Below are positions 1-14,517 of a stretch of 64,000 bases of DNA, one piece after another. Each line of letters starts with the position of its first letter. The first letter of the stretch is position 1. Below the pieces are notes generated by a model. It was not told the DNA's origin. It worked only from the letters and a program-made list of their open reading frames with translations, and searched no databases. Origin of the DNA: Octopus sinensis (lineage: Eukaryota); the NCBI RefSeq assembly GCF_006345805.1, contig NC_043020.1:30504001-30568000 (forward strand), in the 5' to 3' direction. A program made the translations under genes and the position numbers.

Positions 1-413
1 TCTTCTGGCAGACAACATTGTGTTAATCTCTTAATCCTTTACTTCAGTCATTGGATTATGGCAATGCTGGGGGAAGCACTTGATAAAGAACAGTTGATTC
101 CATGAATTTTAGTAGTTTGTCTTGCAAAGGGCAAAATGACTAAGTCCATCTTGGTGTAAAGGGATTTTAACTTATTTTGTACGTATATCAATATGCACAT
201 ACACTACACACACACACATACTAACACACATGTACACACTCACACACAAATATATGTGTATGTATGTGTGCGTTAATACATGTTTGAAAAGCTGGAAATA
301 CGAAAATCGCTTACACAAAATCTTTCTTCCTTAAGGTCTGTGTTAATCTACTTTTCTTAAAAGACATTTTATATACTTAATAATTCTTAATTTTTGAAAA
401 AAACTTTTTCACA

Positions 414-463
<50 letters not shown>

Positions 464-701
464 GTGAGTGTGTGTGTGTGTATACATACATACATACACA
501 CACATATATCCACACATATTCACACATACACTGGTCTCTTCTTTAAGAGTTCTCTTCATCAGTTGATGATTACCTTTGATAAGCATTAACGAACTTAATT
601 GTTTAATACCTTGTATGGTTTAAGGAAGAAATGTACTGAAAGCCATCAGCCTCGTCAGACTCCAAGGAAAATTATTTTACGAGGTATTTCAAAGCCCTGC
701 T

Positions 702-772
702 TCACAAGTTAATTAAGAGACAAGCAGTTGCTTCTTCCATTATACCCATTTGTGTCCACATAGACTGGGACA
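702..772 (-). CDS. Tentative further STKLD1 exon (LSQSMWTQMGIMEEATACLLINL*)
   Basis: Phase-1 acceptor ttccattaactcccag and loose resemblance to human ISQVLAT...GEMAEAS; ends in TGA or a weak GTGAAG donor. Confidence 0.3.
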
Positions 773-1293
773 CTGGGAGTTAATGGAAAGATCTTTGCCA
801 GAGACCTAAAGCAGGTGACAAGATCCACTTCCTGGGATGTTCAGCTGGTCGGCTTGCTGAGACGTGCACTTCACATACTATGGATTTAATAAATATCCTG
901 TTACAGCCAAGACTAAGGGAAACATTCACAAACAGACCCTCACAAAGAAGCAGTAAGGTTTACAAGAGATACAAACACTGACACACAGACAGACACACCT
1001 GTACGGACAGGCACACGCAACTACATACATACACTCATGTATATACACAACCTGCACAAAATGGTACAATGGCTTATGAGTTAAGTCCCTTTACAACAAA
1101 AACAAAAAAAATGAAAAGAGAAACATAAAAGACAAATATTGAATGGAAACAAAAAGGTTAATTTAAGTAGTGAGGATAATATATCAAAACCTGAAAGAGG
1201 TGCCCCAGCATGGTCATGGTGTAGAGATCGGTTGAAGTAGGTAAAAACAAAAAAAAAGAGATAATTAAGGTCAGGAAAAAAGGGGTTACCCAC

Positions 1294-1422
1294 GGTTGAC
1301 AATGAGGTTACTTAGTGTCATTGCTGCAGCGGAAACTGTTGTATCATCTGTGAGGTCTTTCGGCAATCTGTTCAATAATGTTGACATTCCTCCTTTGGTG
1401 TTGAAATAATTGGTGGCGCTTT
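1294..1422 (-). CDS. STKLD1: STKLD1 exon 14 ([43 protein letters not shown]), ARM repeat
   Basis: Acceptor ctaacatccttcag, donor C|GTGGGT; 129 nt, phase 1-1; ARM-like GG...LL...AAAMTLSNL pattern. Confidence 0.75.
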
Positions 1423-1477
1423 CTGAAGGATGTTAGAACAAATAGCAGCTGTGTGAGCATATGCATACACACACACA

Positions 1478-1557
<80 letters not shown>

Positions 1558-1658
1558 GCATATGTATATACACGCATATATACATACAAATACAGCCATA
1601 AATGCATATGCATATATAAATACATACAAACACAAGAATACTGAAATGGTGTATAGAC

Positions 1659-1689
<31 letters not shown>

Positions 1690-3916
1690 TATTGGAGGTA
1701 ATTTAAAATTCAATTGATAACACTTCATTAAGCTTCAGTATGCTTTTACATAGAATGCAGAAAATTCTTGTGAAACAAACTTGCATATAAATATATACTG
1801 AATCAGATAAAACAATCATTGAGAGTAGTTTATTTAGAATAAAAGGCAGAAAAGAATAAACTTCACATATATTTCTGTTTAGCTTACTTTCCATAAAACT
1901 ACAGACAACAACTGTGATCTGAACAAGAGTTCTAATATAATTGCATACACCTTATAGAAGCCCTGAGACTTTCTAATTGTTGGTAGTTGTGTGTAGAACT
2001 ATTTCGCCCTTCTTTGAAATCATCAGCATGGATCAACTTGAGTCAAATGAATTAAGCCAAATTTTATGAAGTTAGACATTTCATATATAGAGAAAATAGC
2101 TTAAACTTTAGAAGGCATTTTTGAATTTTTCGTCTTAGATTGTAAATTGCTCAGCAATAAAGAAGAGATAGAGAGAGAGAGAGAAAGATAGAGATGGAGA
2201 AAGAGTGATAGAGAGAAAGCAGGAGAAAGAAAGAGAAATAGAGAATGAGAGAGAGTGAGAGGGAAAGAGAGAGGTTAATATTTCTTGGTTAAGTCCATCA
2301 TGTACTTCCAGTTAATGTTTTCTCTTCAAACAAATATCACAAAAGCCTGTTTTTGTGTTTTCTTTCCAGATGCAGAGAAACAGTCTTCCTACACATAGAA
2401 CTAATTATTCTTAATATACACATAAACATATATATTACACATGTATATTTTGTGTGTATGCATTTATAAGTGTATACACACACGTGTGTATGTATATATA
2501 TTTCAGCTGATCAGTCCAGGTTAGGCGTCTCTACATTCACACACTATCAATGGTGTTGTTGTTCCCACTGTCTCATGAATGGTTGAATGCATCCATTCAT
2601 ATCTAAGACTTAGGCTTATGACAGGTTAAACCTGGCTCATTCTCTATTTCTCTCACTCATCCAGCTTTATTCACACTTCCCTCTCCACCCTTAACCTCCA
2701 TCATTCTTGATGAAGGAATACTGCTAACCCTGAATTATTAAAGGCAGGCAGTGGGGCATCTTCACCACCAATTCGGTTCAGGACTGGATTTGTCCTACAT
2801 GAAGAGCTTTGACCAATAATAATATTCTTCAATTGGCAAGTAAAGTGCTGTGGACGTTGAGATTCTTACCTGATGTCAAAATAATCACGAGGAAGCTGTA
2901 AATGACGGTGAGGAAGACGGTTTCTTTGAGTTGGCACTGAAACAGAATAGAGGAATAAGGATGTAATTCCTCGATTCATCTTGGAGAAATAGCTTTGGTA
3001 GCAGAGAACAGGTAATAACAGGAATTGCGTATCTTTATAGGACTTCCTTATAAGGATTACTGAATCATTTTAAGGAGTTAGCAGCCTGAGTACAAGGTCC
3101 TCTATAAGAGTTGATTTCAAGAGTATCAAATTTTTCCAAGGAGCTGCTTATAAGAATGTCTTAGCGTTTCTAAGAATTAGTTACAGGTGAATCAGATCTT
3201 TGTTAGGCATTGGTAGATGGACGAAATGCTGCAAAGCCTTTTGTCTGGCTAAAGATTCTGACCGCTCACCACCTTACCTTGTATTTTTAATATTAAATAT
3301 TCTTTTCTACTCTAGGCACAAGGCCCAAAATTTGGGGGAGGGGCCCAATTGATTAGATCAACCCTAGTACACAACTAGTGCTTAATTTATCAACCCCAGC
3401 CACAGTTGAAAGATTGAAACAAAAAAAAAAAAAAATAGAAGATAAACAAATGACCGAATTGATTTTAATCAAAAACCTTGAAACGACAGATTTACAAAAT
3501 GGTTGGAATTCAAAGACGGAGAGAAAACTTACTTCCATGATTGTTAAAATAGAATCGATTGTTGATTCCGAGAAGATATTCTGCAAATGGTCGTTGGCTG
3601 AAACGAGAGAAGAGAGAGAATGAGAGAGAAAGGGAGAGAGTGGAAGAGGGTGGGAGGAGGAGGAGGCAGAAGAGAAAGTGATGTAGAAGGGAAGAGAGTG
3701 AGGAAAAGGGATTGGAGTGTAGAGAAAGAAGAGAGAAGGGGGAAAGTGAGAGGAAAAAATGAAAAGAAAGTCAGCAAAATGACTGTTTTTCTTCCTCACC
3801 TTCTTCTGCATTTCTCCTTCTCTCATATTACTCTGTCTCTTTATCTCTCTTACATTACTCTATCTTTCTCTTTCACTCTCGTATTACAATGTCTTTCTTT
3901 TCCATCTCATACTTTA

Positions 3917-3956
<40 letters not shown>

Positions 3957-5195
3957 CCCTTTTTAGTACAATAATGTCCTCATCCACAAGTCTCAACAAT
4001 ACTGGACACAAAATGAGTCAGAATAAAGTTGAGATGGTCACCGACTGCCCAAGGTCCATCTAAATAGCAAAGTGGGCAAAGACGGTAACAACGGCATTTT
4101 GTTTCATACAAAGGATTGTAAAGGTAGAAGTGACCCCTGGAACATTTTTGGTCAAACGTTTGCTACATAGTTTCCACACCATAGCTATGGTGGCTTCGGC
4201 CCCTTCAAGCCAACTGGTCTCATTCTTCCTTTATGCAGCTTGCCCTTACTCCGATTCATTTGTCTCCCCTCCCTCACAGTGTCATGTACCCTCACCTCCA
4301 CATTCCCTAATAATTAATCTTTAACCTAGTCCTTCCTCCCCAGAATGATATCCCACTTGAACATTCTCTCCTCACCCATGCTGTTTCTGTTGCCAACAGC
4401 TTGTAACTATTCAAACGGTGCATTAACCATGTTGGTCATATTGGTCCTTTAAAGGTCACAGACAGAGAGAGAAAGCCCCTACATTATTGTTAAAACACAT
4501 AGATATGGCAAACAACAAACAACACCAAAAACAATAAAAACAACAAAAATAACAACATCAGTAAAAAGAACAACAACATATAAAAATAACAATAATTGCC
4601 ATTATACAGATGGATGTGAATTTCTCTATGACGTGAAGGCCTTCCGTGAGAAGTTCAGCATTGTCCAGGTTTTCACACAGCAGTATCCATATAAACGATT
4701 GAGCGTCGACTGGGGGGTCGATATCAGGTGTTTTAACTAAGAGTTTGTTCAATTTGATGAGGCCTTCAATGACACATGAGCTGTGTACTGAGTACTTTGA
4801 CATGTAACCCAACAAGTCAGAGAAGCTGTTCACATTTTCAATTGGTTCTGGAAAAAAAAAATCAAAAACGGAACATTTAACATTTTTGAAAACTATCGTG
4901 TATAAAGCATTTTGTATGCGTGTGTGTTTTTGTGTGCACACACGCATGCATGCATAAATGTGTGTATATATAACTAATACGTTCACACACACATATACAA
5001 ATGCGCACACACAGACACATGTATATAAATATATAATAAATACAGACATGCAACCAAAATTAATGCAGAACTTGCAGCTCTTGTGCTCTGACTATGAATT
5101 CTCATTTGTACCTATCATCATACATACATACATACATACACACACACACATACATACATACATACGTACACCCATACACACATACATGCACACAC

Positions 5196-5226
<31 letters not shown>

Positions 5227-8200
5227 TACATACACACACACACATACATACACCCATACACACATACACACATACATCCATCCATCCATCCATACACATA
5301 CACACATACATACATACATGTGTGTATGTGTATATTTCAAAGAATTACAACCATTTTACAAAAGACCTACCAATTTCTTCACTCAGGTATCGCATGACAG
5401 GTTCCTCTGTCTGGCACATCTTGGAGAGACATTCCTTCAGTTCCCTGAGAATGAAAAGAGAGCATCCAATATATTCATCTCCTCCCACTGCCACAGTGTG
5501 TGTGTGTGTGCATCATTGTGTTGTGTTTGCCCCCCCCTCCACTGCTCAACAACTAGCATTGGTTTGTTTACACCCTTGTAACTTAGCAGTTTGCCAATAG
5601 AGGCTGATAGAACAAGTACCTAACATTTATAAAAGAATAAATCCTGGGGTAGATTTGTTTGACTGAAAACCTTTCAGGCTAGAGCCCCAGCCTGGCCACA
5701 GTCCAGTGACTGAAAGAAGCAGAAAGGGTAAAAGGGTTTATGAGGGCAATAATCATGAAATTTAGTGTGCCACACAGAAGGCCACATGTTCCTTAACCAT
5801 CACTTCCTCTACCACCACTTCCACCATCACCACCTCCACCACCTCCACCATCATCATCATCATCATTTAACAGTCATTGCTCATTCTGGCATGGGTTGGA
5901 CGGTTTGACCGAAGCTGGGGAGTTGCACCAGAATCCAGTCTCATTCGGAATGGTTTCTACAGCTGGATGCTCTTCCCGACACCAACCACTCTGCAGAATG
6001 TGCTGGGTGCTACTATATGGCACCACATGGGGGTTTTTATGTGGCACCACATGGGGCACTTTCATGTGGCACTGTATGGGTGCTTTTATATGATACGACA
6101 CAGGCACTTTTATGCGGCACCACCACAAGTTCTTTGCACCACCCGAGGGACCAGTCTTAACACTTCTGCTGTGGAGTAAATGTTCTTCTTGAGCACAGCA
6201 AGGTGCCAGGCATCTTGGTCCTTTGTCATCTCACCTGAAAGGATCAGCATCCTGAGGTCATTTGTCAGTACTTCATCCCAACAAAGCTGACTGAGTACGA
6301 CACAAACACATCATCATCATCATCATCATCAACAACAACAACAACAATAACCAGCCAATGGCTGCTTCTACTCACGTGAGAGTCGGTCTCTCTTCAGTGT
6401 ATTGACTCAGCATCCTTTTGGCCAATAAAAGCAATTTTTCTGAATACATCTGAAAAATTTAATTTACAATATTCAGACAATATCAAGGAGATATAAAAAC
6501 AGGCAAAGACATAGGTGAGGCTGAGTGGTAAGGAGTCTGCTTCCCAAGCACAAGGCCATAGGTTCAGTGTCATCTTGGAGCTATTGCTCCAAGCCTGCCA
6601 AAGCTTTGTCAGTAGATTTGGTCAATGGAAACTGAAAGAAGCCTGTTGTATATAATGGAGGATACTGATTGAATCTTGCATGTGTTAACATGTTACCTCC
6701 TTACAACAATGAAACCTTGAATTCAATCAAAATATCCTTGGCCTGAAGAGAAGCCAGTGGTATATATCTTGCTTGGATATTTACCACTTCCGAGGTTCCG
6801 CTTGCTATGAAACCCATGTGGCCCAGATCGTATCTGCTCTGTTCCTTAACTCTTGTATTCTTACTCACATATCTGGCAACCCAGGTCCCCTACTGCAAAA
6901 TATAAATGATATTTGTTAAGCACTTTGTAATTCTCTCTTTCTCTCTTCCGCTTCAACAAACTTTTTAACCATGCAATTCCCCTCTTCATGTCTTGAACAT
7001 TTCTCTCTTTCTCTGCACCTCTTCCTCCCCCTCCCTACAGCATGTCATTAACACTTCTCTCTCCCTCTTTTCTCTCACCATCTTTTCCTTTCACCCTTCA
7101 CCTCTCCCTTCAACTAACCACATGATCACCTTAGTGTCTTATTATACTCCTCTCTTCTTTCTTCTCTTCACACATTTCTCCCCTTCTTTCTCTCTCACTT
7201 TTACTTCACCTCTTACTCACTCCACCTCCACCTCTCTCACTAACTAAAGTATCACGGGCGAATGAACACAAGCAGATTATTTTATAGATTCTCAGCCAGA
7301 ATCAGTGAGGCAGTGTGTGATAAGGCTGTACGTGCTTCCACCTGACAAGCTTCACTATAGTTTCCATTTACCTGATTTTATTTATAAAGTATGGCTCAAT
7401 GCAAGGCTTAAAAAATGACATTTGCCCCAAAATCTATGCAGTGGAATTGGCCCCCAAGATATTGCAGTTACAGATCGAACTCCTTAACCATTCAGCAATA
7501 CTGTGCCTACCACAACAACATATCAAAGAACACAACTAAAAAGAAAAGGTGTGACCTTTACCCACCTGTTCTAATTTGTGACCTTTACCTACCTGTTCTA
7601 ATTTTTCCCAGAAATAGTTGAGGAGACACTCGTCAATCTTGGTTTTCAATACAAGGGCTTTCATGTCCTTTAAGGTGTTCATGAAGCTGGTGAGTAGGAA
7701 GGACATGAGAATTGAACCAAGACACCAGACATCGACTTTGAGCCAACATACATCTGCTTTGTCCTTCTGTTCGAACCTTAGTTCAGGGGCCAACCAAACC
7801 AAATCTCCTGCAACAGATGACATTCATTTGTATGTAGATATGTATTTATGTTTGAAACAATGGGTTAAATGTAGACCAACTAAACATTCAAAGATTCATT
7901 TTTCCCATTCAAATTTATTGTGGTTTTCCCTGATTTCATTCTTACAGATAACAAGTTTCACAGAGTTGGTGCTATTTTATAAATTTCCAAACATTTCTCA
8001 ATCCAGCTATGTGCTACTAGACTATCAAAAGCTTTTTATAATCTATCTAGGCTATTGATAAGTTCTTGTGTTGTTTCTGACAATCTTCCAAAATCAGCTT
8101 ATTGTTGAGTAGCTGATCTTCCCAACCATAGGACCCATGTTTTCATCCTTAGAGAAGATGCCAGTTCCTATTAAAAAAGTTATAAGAATATTCAGTCAAG

Positions 8201-8644
8201 ACAGATGTTAGTATTTTATACATTGTTAAGTAGGTTATGGGTTTATAACTTTTTGGTCCATTTGTTTCTTCATTTTTTGGAAACAGAAATGTAACACCAT
8301 TAACTTGCCAAAAGGGAATCATATTAGGACGTTGCAAAGCAGTTCCTTCATGGCTCTTTGGGAAAGCATTCAACCACAAGTTGGACTTTCATCCTTTCCT
8401 GGGAACTTCCATTTGCTTGACTTCCTGAGAGCAGATCTTACATCCTCTGCCTTGATACCTTTCCTTTTTGCTCTTCTAAGGAGGCTGAATCAGTAGATAT
8501 TCTATTAATCCAAGGGGCCTTTTTATTGTGCAATTTTTCTTCTGCCCAAATTTTACTCCAAAATTCTTGCACAGACATTCTAGTGTATGTGTAATTAATC
8601 AATTTACACATTCAGTATTTTGTTTCATTTATATTTTATCATCA

Positions 8645-8689
<45 letters not shown>

Positions 8690-9073
8690 TTACCATCCTT
8701 CAATGTGGAAAATTTTTTCCTGTCGGTCAAAAAACTGGATATACCAAAGTCCACAAGAAGCAATTGGTTTTCAGCGCCATACTTGAAAATATTTGATAAC
8801 TGAAGGCTTCTAAAACAAGGAAAACATAAATGTATGAATCTATATACAATAAAATGTAACCTACTTCCCCTTCACTTTATCTATACATGCTAAGTCAAAC
8901 AAAGGCTTTAATAAAAATTATGTTCATGTCCATCCAAATGGATTCCAGTGACTTGCTAAATATTGAAAGATTTTGTTGATGAAAAAGTGGAATTATTCAG
9001 TCAAGCATTTCGTCTTCTCAATAACTCACTTGGACAATTCTCTTCTGTTCTTTACTGACTTTAATTCAACAGG

Positions 9074-9120
<47 letters not shown>

Positions 9121-12061
9121 ACACACACACACACACACATACACCGCATGGATGACTTTTCCCCACATATGTCTACACTGCTATATTGATTCCTTTGTCG
9201 ATTTCCTTTGGCCAGCATTAGGAATAGTCTTTTCAAGAATAATTGTCCCCATCTGACCTCTGTGACCCGACTGACATGCAGAGCCAGTCAGGGTCATCCC
9301 TGCTGACACAGAGACACTTGAAACAGCTGACATGACGGTGGTCCCTGTTAGCAGGACACACTGCCTCACAAGTGGCAGGTGTTTGGTAAAAAAAAAGGGA
9401 GGAATCAAGAAATACCTGTGGGCAATATTTTCATTATGGAACGGTTCCAACACTTCAACTATTTCACTGAGGTAATGGATTATGGTCTGGAATAGAAAGG
9501 AAAGAAGATGGGGTGATGACGGTGGGGGTAGTGTCAGGGGTTGTTGTTGATTATGATCTGAAATTCAAAAAGACAAAGGAAGGTGCTATACATGTGCACA
9601 CACACACACCAACCCATACACACAAAAGAACATTATTCTCAGGAATCAAAGCAAAGACTTTACCTCTTCCTTCATAGGTTTCTTTATCGTGTAGAAACTG
9701 TCTGCTACAAAAGCCAGCGAGAACTCAAAATGGTTGCGGATGATACAGATGAAGACGGAAGCTTCCTGAACAGCTTCCTGCGAGCAAATCTGTGAAGTAA
9801 ACCATAGCTTATTGTTGTTGTCATTGTAGTTGTTCTTTAACTCCAGACCAAATTCTAGTTTGCCCACACTTATAATTGAAGACATTCTTACCATGACCAT
9901 CCAGTCATTTCTCTCCACCCCGATAGAACTGACAGCGTATCTAAGACCATATTACTAAATGGATCATTTCAATCTTTCCGATTCTTTTTGCAAAGAATGG
10001 AATTTCAGGGAAACTTGGTCTTGAATTCTAACAGGATGAGCCACTGTGTAAACACTTTTGTCATTGGCTCAAAGTAGTAGTAGCAGTAGCAATAATCATA
10101 GTAGTAGTAGTAGTAGTATCATCATCATCAGCAGCAGCAGCCGTTCAAGAATTTGGACCTGGAGATCTCCATTTCCAGCGACTTTGAGGGCCACCTCCCA
10201 GTGGTGTTGGGCGTCAACGAAGAGCCCTCGACTACAACAAGACGACCAAAGTTTTTTCTTTTTTCCAAGGTCTGGGGTCTCCTGCCCCTAAGCCCTAGAC
10301 CATCACCTAATCACCCTTACCCGTCTTGTTGCTTAACAACAACAACAACAGCAGCAGCAGCAGCAGCAGCAACAAGTCTTGTAATAATTCTTATTGTTTA
10401 GCACCAGGTCAGCCTCTGATCAAGAAGATTTGTGATTAATGGCATTCTATCCGTGGCCACCCCATCTGGGTTTTTTTTCCAGATATAATTCATGTAGCTC
10501 AACATTATACAGTTTTTCCTTCTGTTTTATCAAGACGGTGGGGGAGGGGGGTTTAAAATGTGAGAAAGATCTTTGATTACGATTTCTAGGGCCACAGCTG
10601 AGAAATGTCCATCAGTTACTAGTGTGGCCCCTAATCATCAGAATGGACTGATCCAATACCACTTTCACTTTTGTTCTTATCTGTGTCTACACATTATGCT
10701 GACCCTCCAGAACACCACACTAACCATACTTGTTTTTGCTAATCCATCTGCCCCAGGATGTCATCCCTCTGGAATTCTACCGTTGGGCAGCAACCATTGA
10801 CTTGACGTTCTTGAAGAAGGACTCAAACTGTTGACAGGAACAGGACAAGATAGGAAAATGATGGTGCTGGTGGTGATGATGATGATGATGATAGTGAGGC
10901 ATGGTGGTCAGATGTGGTTATTGTTGTTGTTGACTCAACCCAGTCTATGTCAATCCTGTGATCAAAGACATTCCAGCTGAGACCATCCCTTTTTATTTTC
11001 AGACATAGTGTAACTTTGGGTTAAAATTATCCAGTGTGCTTTATCTTCTATGAGAGTAAACTGTGAATTGAGGGGGATTTGGCTACTACTACTAGCTGGT
11101 GGCTGGAGGTGTCAGTTATTGTTGTTTAGCCCCAGGTCTGCCTTGATTAAACAAAACTATGATCAAAGACAATCCAGCCATCAACAACAAGTATTTTAGT
11201 CAGATTTGAAGGGAGACAGTCTCTCCCCAAATATCAAGAAAAACAGAGCAAAAACCAAAAAAAATGACAAAGAAGAAAAAAACAAAGCAAAACCAAAATG
11301 GTTAATTGTGGGATTCTTTCTTAGACACAAAATGGATAAAGGATTGAATTAAATAGGATTCTGTAATTCCCTGACCTTCGAAGTTATTAAGCATAGACTT
11401 AATCAGCTGTACATTTAACCCAACCCTCACGTTCAAAACGTGCACACACATAATTTAGTTACCTTGGTTACTTTTGCATGTATGGAACCTCGTTTTCTCT
11501 CTGAGTCACTTCCAGTCGTTCGACCTCCAGCATTTTCCATCGGACACACTCACCATGTCTCTTTGTTACTCTCTGTTTTCTTTCGTTCCTCCATGGTCAA
11601 ACTTTGGCCAGCCAATACGCAGGTTCCCATTGCGTTCATAGAGTCTTCTTGTATTGTTTTTGAAATCATATCATCTGATGAATACGGTTTTTAGCATTGA
11701 TTGTAATGTATTCCTTCATCTATTAAAAAGGTGTCAGAAACAGCTGCAATGAACTGACATTTATCCCTTGTCTGTTTATTGTTCCAAAGGGATTCATGAC
11801 ACGTCAGACATTCTAGAGTATCCCAAGCAACATATGATAAACACAATGTGTGCATTGGACCAGCCCCTATCGTCTAAATAGGACCAGTCCCTAAGGGCTA
11901 AATACTCATAGTGGTGGATTTTTGCTCTGTGTGCAAAACCTGAATATTTTATAGGATATTTATTCGACTAAAGGTGATCAAAGGTTAACTCAACCATACC
12001 TAGTGCATATCACTCAAGTACCAGGTTCTCTCAAAAATCCATATTATTATTGTGTGTATAT

Positions 12062-12112
<51 letters not shown>

Positions 12113-12800
12113 ATATTTCGGAATGGTCATTTTGCCAGTTTAGCCAATAAAAACACACGCACTATATATTTGGTGTTATTTTGCTTCAGTGATATTTATT
12201 TTTTACATTAATCTTTCGCCACACTCCTGTGACCGCATCAGTGGTCCTTTGTTTTCTTCTCACTTACTTGTGTCTCTCCTTACTAACCGTTAGTAACCGT
12301 TACTAACCGTTAGTAAGGAGAGACACAAATACGAAAGAAGAAAACAAAGGACCACTGATGCGGTCACAGGAGTGTGGCGAAAGATTAATGTAAAAAATAA
12401 ATATCACTGAAGCAAAATAACACCAAATATATAGTGCGTGTGTTTTTATTGGCTAAACTGGCAAAATGACCATTCCGAAATATAACAATATCTGTTTCAA
12501 CACACGACTTCACATAAAAAATCTTGCACAACAAATATTTAAACGTATATATATATATATATATATACACGATAAGAAAATGGAGAAAAAATACCAATAA
12601 GAAGTGTGTCTTTTGTGGTAGGAAGCCATTATTTAATTAGTTAAGAAAGGTGAGAGTAAGAGTGAGTTTACGATCATTACCTGCCAAATTACCTGCTGCC
12701 GTATACCTTTTACCAAGGACCAAACATACTGAGGTAATTACCAGGAGTGCCTTTGGACACATCTATCCCTTAGAGGCTTTAAACACCTTTAACTCATACC

Positions 12801-12852
<52 letters not shown>

Positions 12853-14284
12853 ATTTGGCTCAAAAGCAAATAGCAAGGCCATGTAGGGGGACATGGAGTT
12901 AAGTACAGGGTGGTGTTCATGTAAAGAGTTCAGGCCACTTGAGGTCAAGGGAGGCTTTGAACAAAGCGGTCGTCGGCATCTTCACCATCTCGTATGGCAG
13001 CTTGTTCCACGGATCCGCAACCTGGACGGAGAAAGCTCCTCTCCTTCGATTGAGATGAAATCGTCGCAGGTAGAGCTTTTCGGAATGACCCCGCAGCCGA
13101 CGCTCTGGAGCAGGAGTGAAGAACAGCTCTTTCAAGAGGTTACACTTTCCGCTTATGATGTTGTGGGCGAGAATGAGATCACCACGGTGGTGGCGTTTTT
13201 CTAGAGAATAAAGATCGAGCGTCCTCAGCCTTTCTTCATAGGACACATTTTTGAGACCATGAACCATGCAGGTAGCCAGCTTCTGGACTCTTTCGAGATG
13301 CTGTATTTCTTTGAGGAGATAAGGAGAAGAGGCTTGAATCCCGTATTCCAATATGGGTCTCACCAGCGTGACATAGAGTGGTAGGAATATGGCTGCTGTG
13401 AACATTCCGAATGACTGTCGAACCAAGAACAGAATTCCGCGTGCTTTGTTAGCAGCATGGACGCACTGGGCCGAAGGCGAAAAGGAGGAATCCACCAAGA
13501 TACCCAGGTCCTTTACCTGATCGGTCCTCTCCAGCAGCAGACGACCCGGCTCGAAATCAAGTTGAGTTGCAGGAGGAGAGCCAACAGGCAGATGACAGCA
13601 CTTTGACACGTTCAGACACAGGTCCCATTCGTTAGACCACCTCCAAATTTGGTGGAGGCATGGACGAAGATCCTCTATATCGACGTGAGGAGCGACCAGT
13701 TTGACATCGTCGGCAAATAGAAGGGTGTGTTGCGTGAGGTCGTCGGGCAAGTCATTTATGAAGACTAAGAACAATAAGGGCCCAAGCACTGAACCTTGTG
13801 TGTGTGTGTGTGTGTGTGCGTGTGTGTGTGTGTGTGTATCAGAGCTTTTCAAACTTTTCGCTGGAGCGGAACCCCAAGGAAACATTCCACTGGCTCGAGG
13901 AACCCCTGTGCAATAATCTAATAGTCTTATGCACACATATCTGCACAGGAAAAAAAAAAAATACTGCCGATTTTAGCAGTTTTGTAACTTCTTGCGGAAC
14001 CCCTGGACTGTACTGGCGGAACCCTAAGGATCCGCGGAACCCTGTTTGAAAACCACTGATGTATATGTTCTGTCTTGTTTCTCCCCACCTGATTTTATGA
14101 AAATCCCTACATACTGTAACCTGTTTTTCATTTGAGCAGGGGGGAGGGTGATGGCTGGTGACGTGATCCTCTGGTCCCCTCCCACCAAAAACTTTAGGAT
14201 TTGTGCATGTAGTAGAAAGGGTTACTATTGGTGTTGGAGTAATAGCAGAATCTGCAGTAGTAGTAGTAGTAGTAGTAGTAACAT

Positions 14285-14329
<45 letters not shown>

Positions 14330-14350
14330 CTGCAGCAGTAGTAGTAGTAA

Positions 14351-14382
<32 letters not shown>

Positions 14383-14436
14383 GTAGTAGTAGTATAGTAG
14401 TAGTAGTAGTAGTAGCTGCAGCAGTAGTAGTAGTAA

Positions 14437-14517
<81 letters not shown>

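Noticed and set aside
8990-9075. Minus-strand segment with gtgcag acceptor and GTGAGT donor
   Set aside because: The peptide lacks the catalytic-loop motif, and exon 8694-8809 fits directly.
9892-9940. 49-nt exon-like segment with a GTAAGA donor
   Set aside because: Needs phase-2 entry, which no upstream exon supplies; no homology.
11460-11720. Possible N-terminal kinase exon (…[10 protein letters not shown]…)
   Set aside because: Stops in all useful frames; exons at 17097 and 16089 fit the N-lobe better.
12355-12395. Hammerhead-like CTGATGCG...GAAA in the 12.1-kb hairpin
   Set aside because: A9 is altered and stem I does not pair; not listed as a ribozyme.
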